NCBI GenBank assembly: GCA_964638715.1
Contig: CAZWZF010000005.1
Location: forward strand, 37,824 to 101,823
Direction of reading: 5' to 3'
Length of the DNA: 64,000 nucleotides
Source: an uncultured bacterium
GTDB taxonomy: Bacteria; Armatimonadota; Hebobacteria; CAIYQO01
Part shown: piece by piece, positions 40,581 through 49,845 of the stretch
How the letters are laid out: each line of letters opens with the position of its first letter
Numbering within the stretch: position 1 is the first letter of the stretch
The notes under the pieces: model-generated
Seen by the model: only the letters and a program-made list of their open reading frames with translations
The model's database searches: none
What the model was told of the DNA's origin: nothing
Program-made: the position numbers and the translations under genes

Positions 40581-43500
40581 TCAGGGCGCCATGGTGGCCA
40601 TTCCCCACAGTTTGGGCTCCGGCATGATTTCGCCGGGGACGTCGTTGACCAGGCCGGTGGCCTTGTTGGCCCAATACATGCGCAGCGCCCGGTTCGTGCC
40701 GGTGGCGTCGGAGAAGATCACGCCGAGATCGAGCTTGTAGCTCTTGCCCGGCTGCGGGTCGAAGCCCAGGGTCTTCAGCGGCATGGCGGCCTCAACGGTG
40801 TAGCCGTTGCCGCGGCGGTTGATGGTCACTGTGGCATCGGTGAGCACCTGCACATCCTCCACCGTGTAATTACGCCAGGGGCAGGTGAAGGTCTGCGGGT
40901 GTTTCACGCCGGCCGTCTTCCAGCGGTAGAGCACCACCGCCGGCTTGCCGTCCAGCACCGAGATAAGCAGACGCAGATCGCCCGGCACGGCCTCCCCGCG
41001 CTTGGCGGCGCCGTCGGGATTCGTCCCAAGCTGCAGGTCCACCGAGTCGCCGGTGACGAAGAGCTGGGTGACATCCTTGCCGCCGTTGACCATCGGGTTG
41101 GCGTCGCCATTCACGTCGTAGGCCAGGTAGAGACTGGTGCCATCAGTAGCCACGGCGCCGCGGGCGCTGGAGTTGCCGGCGCTCCAGGACACAATTGATT
41201 CTTTAGCGTATTTATCCAGCTTACCGTCGAGTTTTGCCGGCGTCGCGATGCGGGAGATGGTCAGCACATTTGCCACTGCCTTCGCCGCCGCCCGTTCCTT
41301 TTGCAGCTTCTCCGCGGCAACCAGATCCTTGCCTGTAATTTTAACAGTTGCGGTCGGGATAGTCTGTAACTTGTCAAAGCCGTTAAGCTTAATCAGGTTG
41401 TAATTGCCACCGCCGGCAATGAGGTAATATTCATTCGTAGCCTTAGCCTTAAAGAAGTAACCACCAAACCATTCACCACCCATTGTTACGCCACCGAGTG
41501 GGGAGCCGGCCCTTGGGTCGTTGGGCCAGGCGTCAGGGCCAATGCGGCAATCCTGAAAGACATTCCCCAGTAGTAACCCGTCAGTAGTCATGATGTAAAG
41601 CCGGCCCATGTTGGATCCCATGGCGAATGCTTTGCCCACTGGCGTCTCCGCCGTGCCGATGCAACTAAGAGTGCCGTAGAGGCGGTCGTCACGGTCAGGG
41701 ATAGGCGCGAGGTGCGAGCCGTGCACGTCATTGAACATGTCCGGCCCGTAACTCCAGAGCGTGGTGCCGTCGTCAGCCAGGCAGGTGATTGGCGTGCCGA
41801 CGATTACCTTGCCGCCGCCGGCACAGTAGATCTTGACCGGGTGTTCGCCGGCCTTGCCAACCGTGCGAAGTTGCGCCAAGTCCCAAGTAGGCACACCGGC
41901 AGTGGTCCAACCCTTGAGCGGCACAGTATTCACCTCCGGGGCGGCGGTGTAGATGTTAAACTTATCGTCCAGCCAATAGCCGCCCCAGTAGCCGAGTCCC
42001 AGGGTCGCGGTGGTGGTCTGGCACTCCTCGGCCTGCATCTGGCCGTCGTCATTGAGATCGCTCCAGACAAAACTAAAACTGATATTCTTGTTGGCGTCTT
42101 TTGGCGGGGTCAGCGGCAGTTTGCGCTTCTCACCCCAATGATCCTGGACAGCGCCTTCAGCGGTCAGCCGAACTCCTGATCCCATTTCCGCGACCTTAAC
42201 CAGGGCGTCACCACGGCGCTGATAGAGCTCACCGCGCTTGCTCATGATATACTCACGGCCGTTGATCTTCAGCAGTTCACCGTTAATGTTGTCATCGATG
42301 AGGTTCGCGATTACCGTGGCCTTGTTCGTTGCATAGTCGAGTTTGAACTCGCAGCCGTTGCCGAAAACCCGCGTCTTGTCGTCCGGATCAACACAGGCGC
42401 CCATACCACCATAGGTGGTGGGACCGATGAAGTCGGTCACTAAATTACCATCGGCACCCCATACGCTGAAGCGCTTGGGGTACATCGTCTCTTCAGCCAC
42501 CCAGAGTCGGCCTTTCGGATCGATGGCGATACCATTAGGGTTGCGCATGCCCCCGGCTACCCATTTTCCTGGCAACGGCCGGCCACCGGCCACGCCGACG
42601 ACATGGTCGAAGACGCCAACAGCGGTGAAGACCTTCACCTGTTGCGGACCGCGGTCGGCAACATAGATTCTACCCTGGGCGTCCAGCGCCAGCCCCATTG
42701 GCTTTTCAAGGTTGGAAGTAATCAACGGCGTCACCTTGCCGTCCGCAATCTTTACCACGCTTTGCCCGGAGACGGCGAAGAGCGTACCGGCTTTGTCGTA
42801 GGCCAGGCCACCCGGCGCCGCCAGTTTCACTTCGCCCTGCGGCTGCATCGTCTCTTTATTGAAGAAACGCACCACATCCGGACCGACCAACGTCACCGCC
42901 AGCCGATCAGCAGAGACCGCCAGACCGCCTATCGTCGCCTTCTCCTCCGCAATGGTCACCTTCACCATCAACTGCGGCTCCGGCTGGGTGGCGAACGGCG
43001 CGTATTTCCCGTCGGTCAGCAGCAGGCGGCCAACGCTCGTATCATTGACACCCCATCCATGACCGCCGTTCATGCCGGCGTAGGCGTAGCGGTCATCAAC
43101 AGCGACGGCGGCGATTCCCTGGAACTTGGACTCGCCCCATTTGCGCCGGCCGTTAAGGTCGGCGCCGACCAGCGCCCGGCCGCTTTCGCACCCGATTGCA
43201 GCAAGAAGCATCATATCTTTGCCCGCGGCCACGGCCACGTTGGGGTTGTGATCGCTCATCCAGCCGCCGGTCCCGTCGCCGGTCTCCCATGGCGGCACAC
43301 CCGGCGAACCATATCCAACCTCATAGACAGGATCGATACCTGCGTGCAGCAGGCCGCGCATTGTGTATTTACCAGGCGGCATCAGTTTACCCTGGTCATC
43401 GGTACCGTCCCACAAATCGGTTTGCTTGCCCTTAGCGCGCGGAGCCATGCCGATAACGTTCTTCACGCGGTGTCCCTGAGCGTCGTCAACTACCAGTGTG

Positions 43501-44423
43501 GCAAACCCGTCGAAGGGCATGGTGTATTTCAGCTTCACCGGCCCCTGCGTCTTCTGCAAGTACTCGGTCGAGGCGGCGTATTGCACGACCGGCAGTTTCA
43601 GATTCCCCTTCGGCTCCAGCGTCACCGGCCCCCAGTCATTTATCGCCGTCCAGAAGAATTCTCGGCTGCTTTTGCCCGGCATCAGCAGGTCGGCGTAGCG
43701 GTGAATGGGGAAGGTACGGCCATCGGGTGGTCCCCATAGAAATTCCATACCCATGTTAAATGTATCGCCGGGGCCGTAACTCTTCGGGGCCTTGTATGGC
43801 TTGCCAGTGGCTTTGACAATGGCGCTCTGACCGGTGATGAGCTTCCACGGCAGCGCAATCTCCTGAGTATAACCCTTGCCGTCTTCGCCCATCATGAAGG
43901 CTTCCTGCGCCCCCACCTTGACCGCATCGCTGATGTATTGGAAGGCGTTGACGTCATTCTCCTTGTCGCGTCCGCCGGAGAAAACTCCGTATGAGATGTT
44001 CACCACCGAATGCTTGGCGGCGGTGGAGTACCAGCAGGTGACATCGCTGATCGCCATGTCGGTTTTCAGCCGCAACTGCAGGCAGTCGCTCTTCCAGCCG
44101 CTGCCAATGTCGAAATTGGAGTCGACCATATTATACATCGGCGTCGGGTCGCGCCAGATGATGGACAGGTAGAAATTCTCCTTGTCGTACATGGCGGCGA
44201 CCTTGGTCGAGTAGTTGTTACGCGTCCTGAAGTTGGCGAAGACGTCGATCTGCCCGGACAGATCCCAGTCGTTCACCTTACCGTCAATGACGACTTTGCC
44301 AGGCGTCGGTACGGCGTGCAGCGCGTTGTTGTTCGTCTGCTGGGCTATTACCGGTATACATAGACCGGCGAAACAAAGCAGGACCAGAAAACCAATAATT
44401 TTTCTGTTAATGAATGATTTCAT
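40581..44423 (-). CDS. giant secreted protein homologous over its full length to 30027-33959; GC-rich
   Basis: Signal peptide. VVIDGKVNDWDLSG...YDKENFYLS. GKQTDLWDGTDDQGKLMPPGKYT. NHL-like GRIYVADRGPQQVKVF. C-terminal LQLGTNPDG...GDLRLLISVLDGKPAVV aligns with the other copy. RBS AAGGGAG. Confidence 0.7.
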   Translation of the reverse strand: MKSFINRKIIGFLVLLCFAGLCIPVIAQQTNNNALHAVPTPGKVVIDGKVNDWDLSGQIDVFANFRTRNNYSTKVAAMYDKENFYLSIIWRDPTPMYNMVDSNFDIGSGWKSDCLQLRLKTDMAISDVTCWYSTAAKHSVVNISYGVFSGGRDKENDVNAFQYISDAVKVGAQEAFMMGEDGKGYTQEIALPWKLITGQSAIVKATGKPYKAPKSYGPGDTFNMGMEFLWGPPDGRTFPIHRYADLLMPGKSSREFFWTAINDWGPVTLEPKGNLKLPVVQYAASTEYLQKTQGPVKLKYTMPFDGFATLVVDDAQGHRVKNVIGMAPRAKGKQTDLWDGTDDQGKLMPPGKYTMRGLLHAGIDPVYEVGYGSPGVPPWETGDGTGGWMSDHNPNVAVAAGKDMMLLAAIGCESGRALVGADLNGRRKWGESKFQGIAAVAVDDRYAYAGMNGGHGWGVNDTSVGRLLLTDGKYAPFATQPEPQLMVKVTIAEEKATIGGLAVSADRLAVTLVGPDVVRFFNKETMQPQGEVKLAAPGGLAYDKAGTLFAVSGQSVVKIADGKVTPLITSNLEKPMGLALDAQGRIYVADRGPQQVKVFTAVGVFDHVVGVAGGRPLPGKWVAGGMRNPNGIAIDPKGRLWVAEETMYPKRFSVWGADGNLVTDFIGPTTYGGMGACVDPDDKTRVFGNGCEFKLDYATNKATVIANLIDDNINGELLKINGREYIMSKRGELYQRRGDALVKVAEMGSGVRLTAEGAVQDHWGEKRKLPLTPPKDANKNISFSFVWSDLNDDGQMQAEECQTTTATLGLGYWGGYWLDDKFNIYTAAPEVNTVPLKGWTTAGVPTWDLAQLRTVGKAGEHPVKIYCAGGGKVIVGTPITCLADDGTTLWSYGPDMFNDVHGSHLAPIPDRDDRLYGTLSCIGTAETPVGKAFAMGSNMGRLYIMTTDGLLLGNVFQDCRIGPDAWPNDPRAGSPLGGVTMGGEWFGGYFFKAKATNEYYLIAGGGNYNLIKLNGFDKLQTIPTATVKITGKDLVAAEKLQKERAAAKAVANVLTISRIATPAKLDGKLDKYAKESIVSWSAGNSSARGAVATDGTSLYLAYDVNGDANPMVNGGKDVTQLFVTGDSVDLQLGTNPDGAAKRGEAVPGDLRLLISVLDGKPAVVLYRWKTAGVKHPQTFTCPWRNYTVEDVQVLTDATVTINRRGNGYTVEAAMPLKTLGFDPQPGKSYKLDLGVIFSDATGTNRALRMYWANKATGLVNDVPGEIMPEPKLWGMATMAP

Positions 44424-44490
44424 TAAAGTTTCTCCCTTTATTAACTATATTTTTAACACTACAATGTAGTGCCAATTACCAGTTATTGGA

Positions 44491-44511
44491 TAACAAACAG
44501 GATGTTTGTTA
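44491..44511. promoter_or_regulatory. candidate operator palindrome TAACAAAC-aggat-GTTTGTTA upstream of the giant minus-strand gene
   Basis: 8-bp perfect arms, about 70-90 nt upstream of the start at 44423. Confidence 0.3.
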
Positions 44512-44783
44512 ATACTTTTACATCAATGCTGTTTCAATTATAAAACAATTCTGTTGTATCAGACAACTATATTATTACAAAGTTATTCTAATTTTGTAAA
44601 AAAATTGCATTAAATAATATTTTCTCTTATTTTTTTAATGCTGTAAATATATTTGTACTGAATAAAACTATATAATTGATCGCCACATTATCTTTATCAA
44701 TACTTTTTTGTGTAATTATTCAGACTCGTCAGTTATAAGAAATTAAACTTAATTTGTTTAGCCGCAGCGCGGCGATATATTAA

Positions 44784-44950
44784 CGACCCCAGCGTTCACA
44801 TATTTGTAGAAAACAATTCATCATGAGATTTTCGACCCCAGAGTGGGTCGTATATAATTACCGACAATCTGCTATGTTATATGCGACCCACTCTGTGGTC
44901 GAATAACTTTTAAAGACTTTTTCTACAAATATTTGACCCCTGGGGTCACG
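44784..44950. repeat. composite nested palindrome built from REP-like hairpin units
   Basis: Inner 27-nt inverted pair at 44831-44857 / 44877-44903 (2 mismatches). Outer 14-bp perfect pair ATATTTGTAGAAAA / TTTTCTACAAATAT at 44800-44813 / 44919-44932. Flanking GACCCC...GGGGTC units. Confidence 0.8.
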
Positions 44951-44980
44951 AGGAAAATAAAAGATATATTTTAACAGCCT

Positions 44981-45100
44981 CTTGCAAAACCTTGCGACAC
45001 CCGATGGGACAGACACTCTCATGGCTTCGCCACTCGGTGTCAGTCCCTGATTTATACTCAAAACTTCAATTTGAAACAATAAAAAATCAGGTTTTGCAAG
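44981..45100. other. unclassified structured element: 12-bp perfect terminal inverted repeat enclosing a long hairpin
   Basis: CTTGCAAAACCT (44981-44992) pairs with AGGTTTTGCAAG (45089-45100). Internal hairpin GGGACAGACAC...GTGTCAGTCCC at 45006-45047. Confidence 0.4.
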
Positions 45101-45159
45101 AACCTATTAAATAAGTCTGACGAAACTGAGTAGTTATTTTTTATTTTTTTGCAATTATA

Positions 45160-45188
45160 TTGACAACTATCCGTGATACAACTATAAT
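45160..45188 (+). promoter_or_regulatory. perfect consensus sigma70 promoter TTGACA-N17-TATAAT
   Basis: Hexamers at 45160-45165 and 45183-45188. It lies about 58 nt upstream of the regulator ATG. Confidence 0.65.
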
Positions 45189-45246
45189 AAGTCAGTTGCA
45201 TCATTAATTTATAACATCGCCTGTCAAAGGTTAATATAAAATTGTA

Positions 45247-46425
45247 ATGAAAAATTCAAAACAACATCATTATATAAGAATCTCCAACATTATGCGTGAT
45301 TATATTGAACGCGGTGATTGGTATCCTCACATGATGCTTCCGGGTCGTCGCGCCCTGGCACAAACGTTTAAGGTGGCCATAAATACCATTGAGCGTGCAG
45401 TGACCTTATTAGTGACAGAAGGTCTGTTGCAGACAGATGACCGGCGTGGAACATTTGTCGCCGATCGAACTACCCCTGGTGACCTGCCGTCCTCACTCCA
45501 GCCTTCCCCGGTGCGGGATCATACACGGCCTGCCACTGTCGGAATTCTGTCTACGCTGTGGTCAGTTGCCGATGCAACAACTTTCGAAACACAATGGGTG
45601 TATCATCTGCTGCGCGGTTGTGAACAAACCCTGGCCGAGTATTCCGAGGTGACGCATCGCTTTGTCAATCGTGTGCCGGACGGAAGTCGGCAAATGTTGA
45701 CTATGGAGCAAGCGGTAGAGTTGCTGTTATCAGAACCTGTTGATGGCATAATTCTGCTGAATGAAACAGAAATTACCCCGCTGCTTGCCCGCGTTGACCC
45801 CACCCGTGTCCCGATTATTGTCGTCAACATGACACCGCTGGGTCTTACGATGCATGAAGTGACCGCTGACGATGTAGCCGCCGGTTATCTGGCGGTACAG
45901 CATCTACTTTTACGCGGCTATCGTCGCATCACGACATTTTTCCCGTTTTCCGGCGATTGGGTACGTGCGCGCCTGGCGGGCATTACCGAGGCGATGCGCC
46001 GGACCCAGGTGACGGATTGTTCGATGACAGAATTTATACCAGCTACAAATGTAGAACCGACACATATAAACCAGGCCGCCGTCGGCTATGCGCATGGACA
46101 TGCGTTGCTGGCCACGGTGGCACCCGGAGAGGCCATCATCGCTGCCAATGATTGGATTTCTGATGGTATCCTGTGCGCCGCAAATGAACTGGGTCGCGTT
46201 CCCGGGCAAGATTTCGGCCTGATTAGCTTTGACGACTATCCAATTTCGCGATTAAAGGGATTAACCAGCCTGCATCCTCCGTTGGAAGCGATGGGCCGCG
46301 AAGCGGCACGGATGATGGCACGGGCGCTGCAGGGTGACGCGATTCCACTGCATGTATCTCTGGCTGCGTATGTCATGGCAAGATCCTCGACTTTGCGTGC
46401 AAGCGCAAGGGAGGATGCCACATAA
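45247..46425 (+). CDS. GntR-type wHTH fused to a LacI/PBP1-type sugar-binding domain (transcriptional regulator)
   Basis: LPGRRALAQTFKVAINTIERAVTLLVTEGLLQTDDRRGTFV (GntR HTH), then a periplasmic-binding-protein-like body (VGILS..., IISFDDYPIS-like LISFDDYPIS). Confidence 0.75.
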   Translation: MKNSKQHHYIRISNIMRDYIERGDWYPHMMLPGRRALAQTFKVAINTIERAVTLLVTEGLLQTDDRRGTFVADRTTPGDLPSSLQPSPVRDHTRPATVGILSTLWSVADATTFETQWVYHLLRGCEQTLAEYSEVTHRFVNRVPDGSRQMLTMEQAVELLLSEPVDGIILLNETEITPLLARVDPTRVPIIVVNMTPLGLTMHEVTADDVAAGYLAVQHLLLRGYRRITTFFPFSGDWVRARLAGITEAMRRTQVTDCSMTEFIPATNVEPTHINQAAVGYAHGHALLATVAPGEAIIAANDWISDGILCAANELGRVPGQDFGLISFDDYPISRLKGLTSLHPPLEAMGREAARMMARALQGDAIPLHVSLAAYVMARSSTLRASAREDAT

Positions 46426-46429
46426 CCTA

Positions 46430-46459
46430 TTGACAACCGGTTAAATTTGGGTGTAATAA
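46430..46459 (+). promoter_or_regulatory. candidate promoter TTGACA-N18-TAATAA
   Basis: The -35 is perfect, but the -10 matches only 3 of 6 positions. Confidence 0.3.
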
Positions 46460-46513
46460 GCGTTAAGATACACATATATATATGTATCGAAATAATCTTT
46501 AAAGGAGGACTAT

Positions 46514-47545
<1,032 letters not shown>

Positions 47546-47591
47546 ATAGGAATACCTGCAAAATTCAGTTTTTTATTTACTTTTAATTAAT

Positions 47592-47631
47592 AAGAGCATG
47601 ATTCCTCAAAACAGAAAGGAAACATGCTCTT
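47592..47631 (+). terminator. 14-bp hairpin (one mismatch) after the discoidin pseudopilin gene
   Basis: AAGAGCATGATTCC / GGAAACATGCTCTT arms. No clear T-tract. Confidence 0.35.
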
Positions 47632-47760
47632 ATCGAAAAAATTAACCTTACAGGAGAAATGACCATGAACCAAAATCCCACCACACCTTCACAAACCATC
47701 ACTCTCGACGGCTTGGTTGGATGGCACCGTGGACTGCTCAGGAGACACGTATCGACAGTC

Positions 47761-48609
47761 ATGGGTAGATGGCTTGGAATCCTCGGCTTGGCAATGGTTT
47801 TCGCCGCACCACTCACGGGGGCGGCCGGTGAGATCAGCATCCGGAGCGGCGACAGTATCGCCTTCCTCGGCGACTCTATCACAGCGGGCGGCTGGGAGCA
47901 TCCCTATGGCTATGTGCGCCTCGTCTTGCTGGCGCTGGAGCAAGAGGGGGTGAAAGCCACCCCGATTCCGGCCGGAGTGTCCGGTGACACCTCGGAACGC
48001 ATGCTCAAACGCCTCGACGGCGTCCTGGCCACGAAGCCCACCTGGCTGACCTTGAGTTGCGGCTTCAATGACGTCTCTCCATACTGCGCCTGGAATGTAG
48101 GGTTCGAAGACTTTACGAAGAATGTGACCGCCATTCTCGACAAGTCGCAGGCCGCCGGCGTCAAGGTGATCATCCTCACGCCAACGCTGTACAGGGATAC
48201 CGATCCGGACAACGAGACCAACCAGAAGGCTGCCCCCTACGTGGAGTTCCTCCGGCAAACAGCCAGAGAACGCAAGCTGCCTCTCGCCGACATCAACACC
48301 GCGCACCGCGCGGAAATCGCGCGGCTCAAGAGCGAAAACTCCCCTTGGAAATCCTTGTTGTACGACGGCATCCACATGGGTCCGCAAGGCGACCAGATGA
48401 TGGCCGCCTGCGTTCTGAAAACCCTGGGGCTCACCGACGAGCAGATCGCCAAGGCCAAGGAGACATGGCGGAACAATGTGCCGATTGCGGCGATAAATGC
48501 ATCACTGCTTGCCCGTCATCCGCCATTAAAAAAGATATCATTAGTCTATATCTTGAAGGCTGCAAATACAGTTTCAACAAAATTGACAGAAAAGCATGCG
48601 ATTGGGTGA
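47761..48609 (+). CDS. SGNH/GDSL hydrolase, GC-rich, with a non-native AT-rich 3' tail
   Basis: Signal-like MGRWLGILGLAMVFAAPLTG. Block I FLGDSITAG and block V DGIHMGPQG. After ...KETWR (about 48470) the frame continues into unrelated low-GC sequence. Confidence 0.65.
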   Translation: MGRWLGILGLAMVFAAPLTGAAGEISIRSGDSIAFLGDSITAGGWEHPYGYVRLVLLALEQEGVKATPIPAGVSGDTSERMLKRLDGVLATKPTWLTLSCGFNDVSPYCAWNVGFEDFTKNVTAILDKSQAAGVKVIILTPTLYRDTDPDNETNQKAAPYVEFLRQTARERKLPLADINTAHRAEIARLKSENSPWKSLLYDGIHMGPQGDQMMAACVLKTLGLTDEQIAKAKETWRNNVPIAAINASLLARHPPLKKISLVYILKAANTVSTKLTEKHAIG

Positions 48610-48794
48610 AGAAGTTCGCCATCATGGGTGACAGCGGATTCAAATATCTGGGTTCCACATTAGATATTCTGGCACCGGCAGAAATAACCCCGGAAAACCT
48701 GCAGAACGCCATGCGGCAGCACGACCCGATAAAACGATATCGGCCGGTGGTGGCAGAACCATGTGTAATAGAATGCCCAATAGCGAGAATGTGA
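48465..48794 (+). pseudogene. 3' fragment of a Cys-rich Fe-S (ferredoxin-type motif) protein gene
   Basis: CADCGDKCITACP and PCVIECP motifs. Its frame differs from the SGNH gene and it begins exactly at the composition break. Confidence 0.4.
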
Positions 48795-49341
48795 TGGGTA
48801 GGTGATTAGGGATGATGAGATGAGGTGATAATTGGCAGGGGAGCTTAAAATACAAGTTCCCCGCACCTGCTTTAACTGGTGCAAGGAACAAAGTTCTTAC
48901 TTTTGTAAAGTGTGGTAGGGCGTATATTACGGAATCCAGAACTTTGAGTGGTGTTTTTTGATTAAGGATGGCAGAAGGAAAAGTGGTTGATTGATTGTGA
49001 TGTTATTTGATTCCTGTAGGCTACCTTATTATCGACATATTTGATTTTCATTTGATAAACTACACGTGGATTGGTAAATCACTCATAAATTTGAGTATTC
49101 GTAATACCAAGGAGACATATGCAGTATTTTTGTGTAAATTGCGGTTCAAATCCAGGATTTTTGCCATGTTATGGTGAGCTGGTATGAAAACCAACAAGAA
49201 GAAACTATTATTGCACTTCGGCAAACAATCGGTAATATTATTTGTAAGAATAATAATAAAATTATTATTGATATAGAAAAAGACACTCAGAAGATTTTTT
49301 ACAAGTTATGAAAAGATGATATTGTAACCAGATATGTAATT

Positions 49342-49379
49342 AGCGTATGTTGTATGATATATAGCATACGCTTTTTTTT
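49342..49379 (+). terminator. orphan rho-independent terminator (AGCGTATG/CATACGCT stem plus T8)
   Basis: Read directly. No annotated gene lies upstream; two RBS-led small ORFs are at 49119-49276. Confidence 0.55.
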
Positions 49380-49585
49380 GCGATATTTATCATGGTTATT
49401 AGTAATAAATTTAAACAACATGTTTTCACAAACAAAGCCAAAATTTGTACAAAATTCTGCAATTTTGCGGTTTTGGGGACAGCGCTTGGGGACATTTTTG
49501 GGGACGTTAACTGTTTTAGCAGGCAATAAATTGCATAATTAAGCATCGTTAAACGTGGTAATGTGAGAAGAAAACAACAAAAAAA

Positions 49586-49662
49586 TGGAGCCTCCTATCA
49601 GATTCGAACTGATGACCTGCTGATTACAAGTCAGCTGCTCTGGCCAACTGAGCTAAGGAGGC
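49586..49662 (-). tRNA. tRNA-Thr (anticodon UGU), CCA encoded
   Basis: Hand-folded cloverleaf. Acceptor GCCTCCT/AGGAGGC, D stem GCTC/GAGC, anticodon stem GCTGA/TCAGC with loop CTTGTAA, T stem ATCAG/CTGAT with loop TTCGAAT. Length 77 nt. Confidence 0.9.
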
Positions 49663-49671
49663 ACCGGCGTT

Positions 49672-49701
49672 ATATTAGCATTTGTGCATTTAGCTGGTCA
49701 A
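49672..49701 (-). promoter_or_regulatory. tRNA promoter TTGACC-N18-TAATAT (minus strand)
   Basis: The -10 ends 9 nt upstream of the mature tRNA 5' end. Confidence 0.5.
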
Positions 49702-49785
49702 GAGGGATAGGGGAGAATATTGATTTTTTAGGTATTTATTATTGAATTCTGGTTCTTTTATTCATATTTTGGATTCTGTTTTATA

Positions 49786-49814
49786 TTGACTTGAAATCCT
49801 ATATCTGGTTAAAT
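49786..49814 (+). promoter_or_regulatory. candidate promoter TTGACT-N17-TTAAAT
   Basis: Hexamers read directly, upstream of the GH57 gene. Confidence 0.35.
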
Positions 49815-49845
49815 ATATAAAAATTAAACGTTTAAGGGGCAGCTT

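Noticed and set aside
42603-43739. A 378-aa plus-strand ORF, with others at 41712-42179 and 44010-44363.
   Set aside because: They are antisense to the 1280-aa minus-strand gene, which aligns along its whole length with the 30027 protein.
20830-44430. The GC-rich blocks considered as a prophage, ICE or integron.
   Set aside because: There are no integrase, recombinase, conjugation, capsid, terminase or attC-like features. The cargo is entirely glycan-related, and the only mobility gene is a dead RAYT fragment.
44858-45079. A 73-aa minus-strand ORF in the 44.4-45.2 kb gap.
   Set aside because: It runs through the nested palindromes and the structured element, has no RBS, and has no recognisable protein features.
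44981-45100. The structured element considered as a known riboswitch, 6S, SRP RNA or tmRNA.
   Set aside because: I could not recognise any conserved core motif of these families, so it is left unclassified rather than named.
47689-48387. A 232-aa minus-strand ORF.
   Set aside because: It is antisense to the SGNH hydrolase, whose blocks I and V are clear.
49563-49745. A 60-aa plus-strand ORF.
   Set aside because: It overlaps the tRNA-Thr gene on the opposite strand and is spurious.
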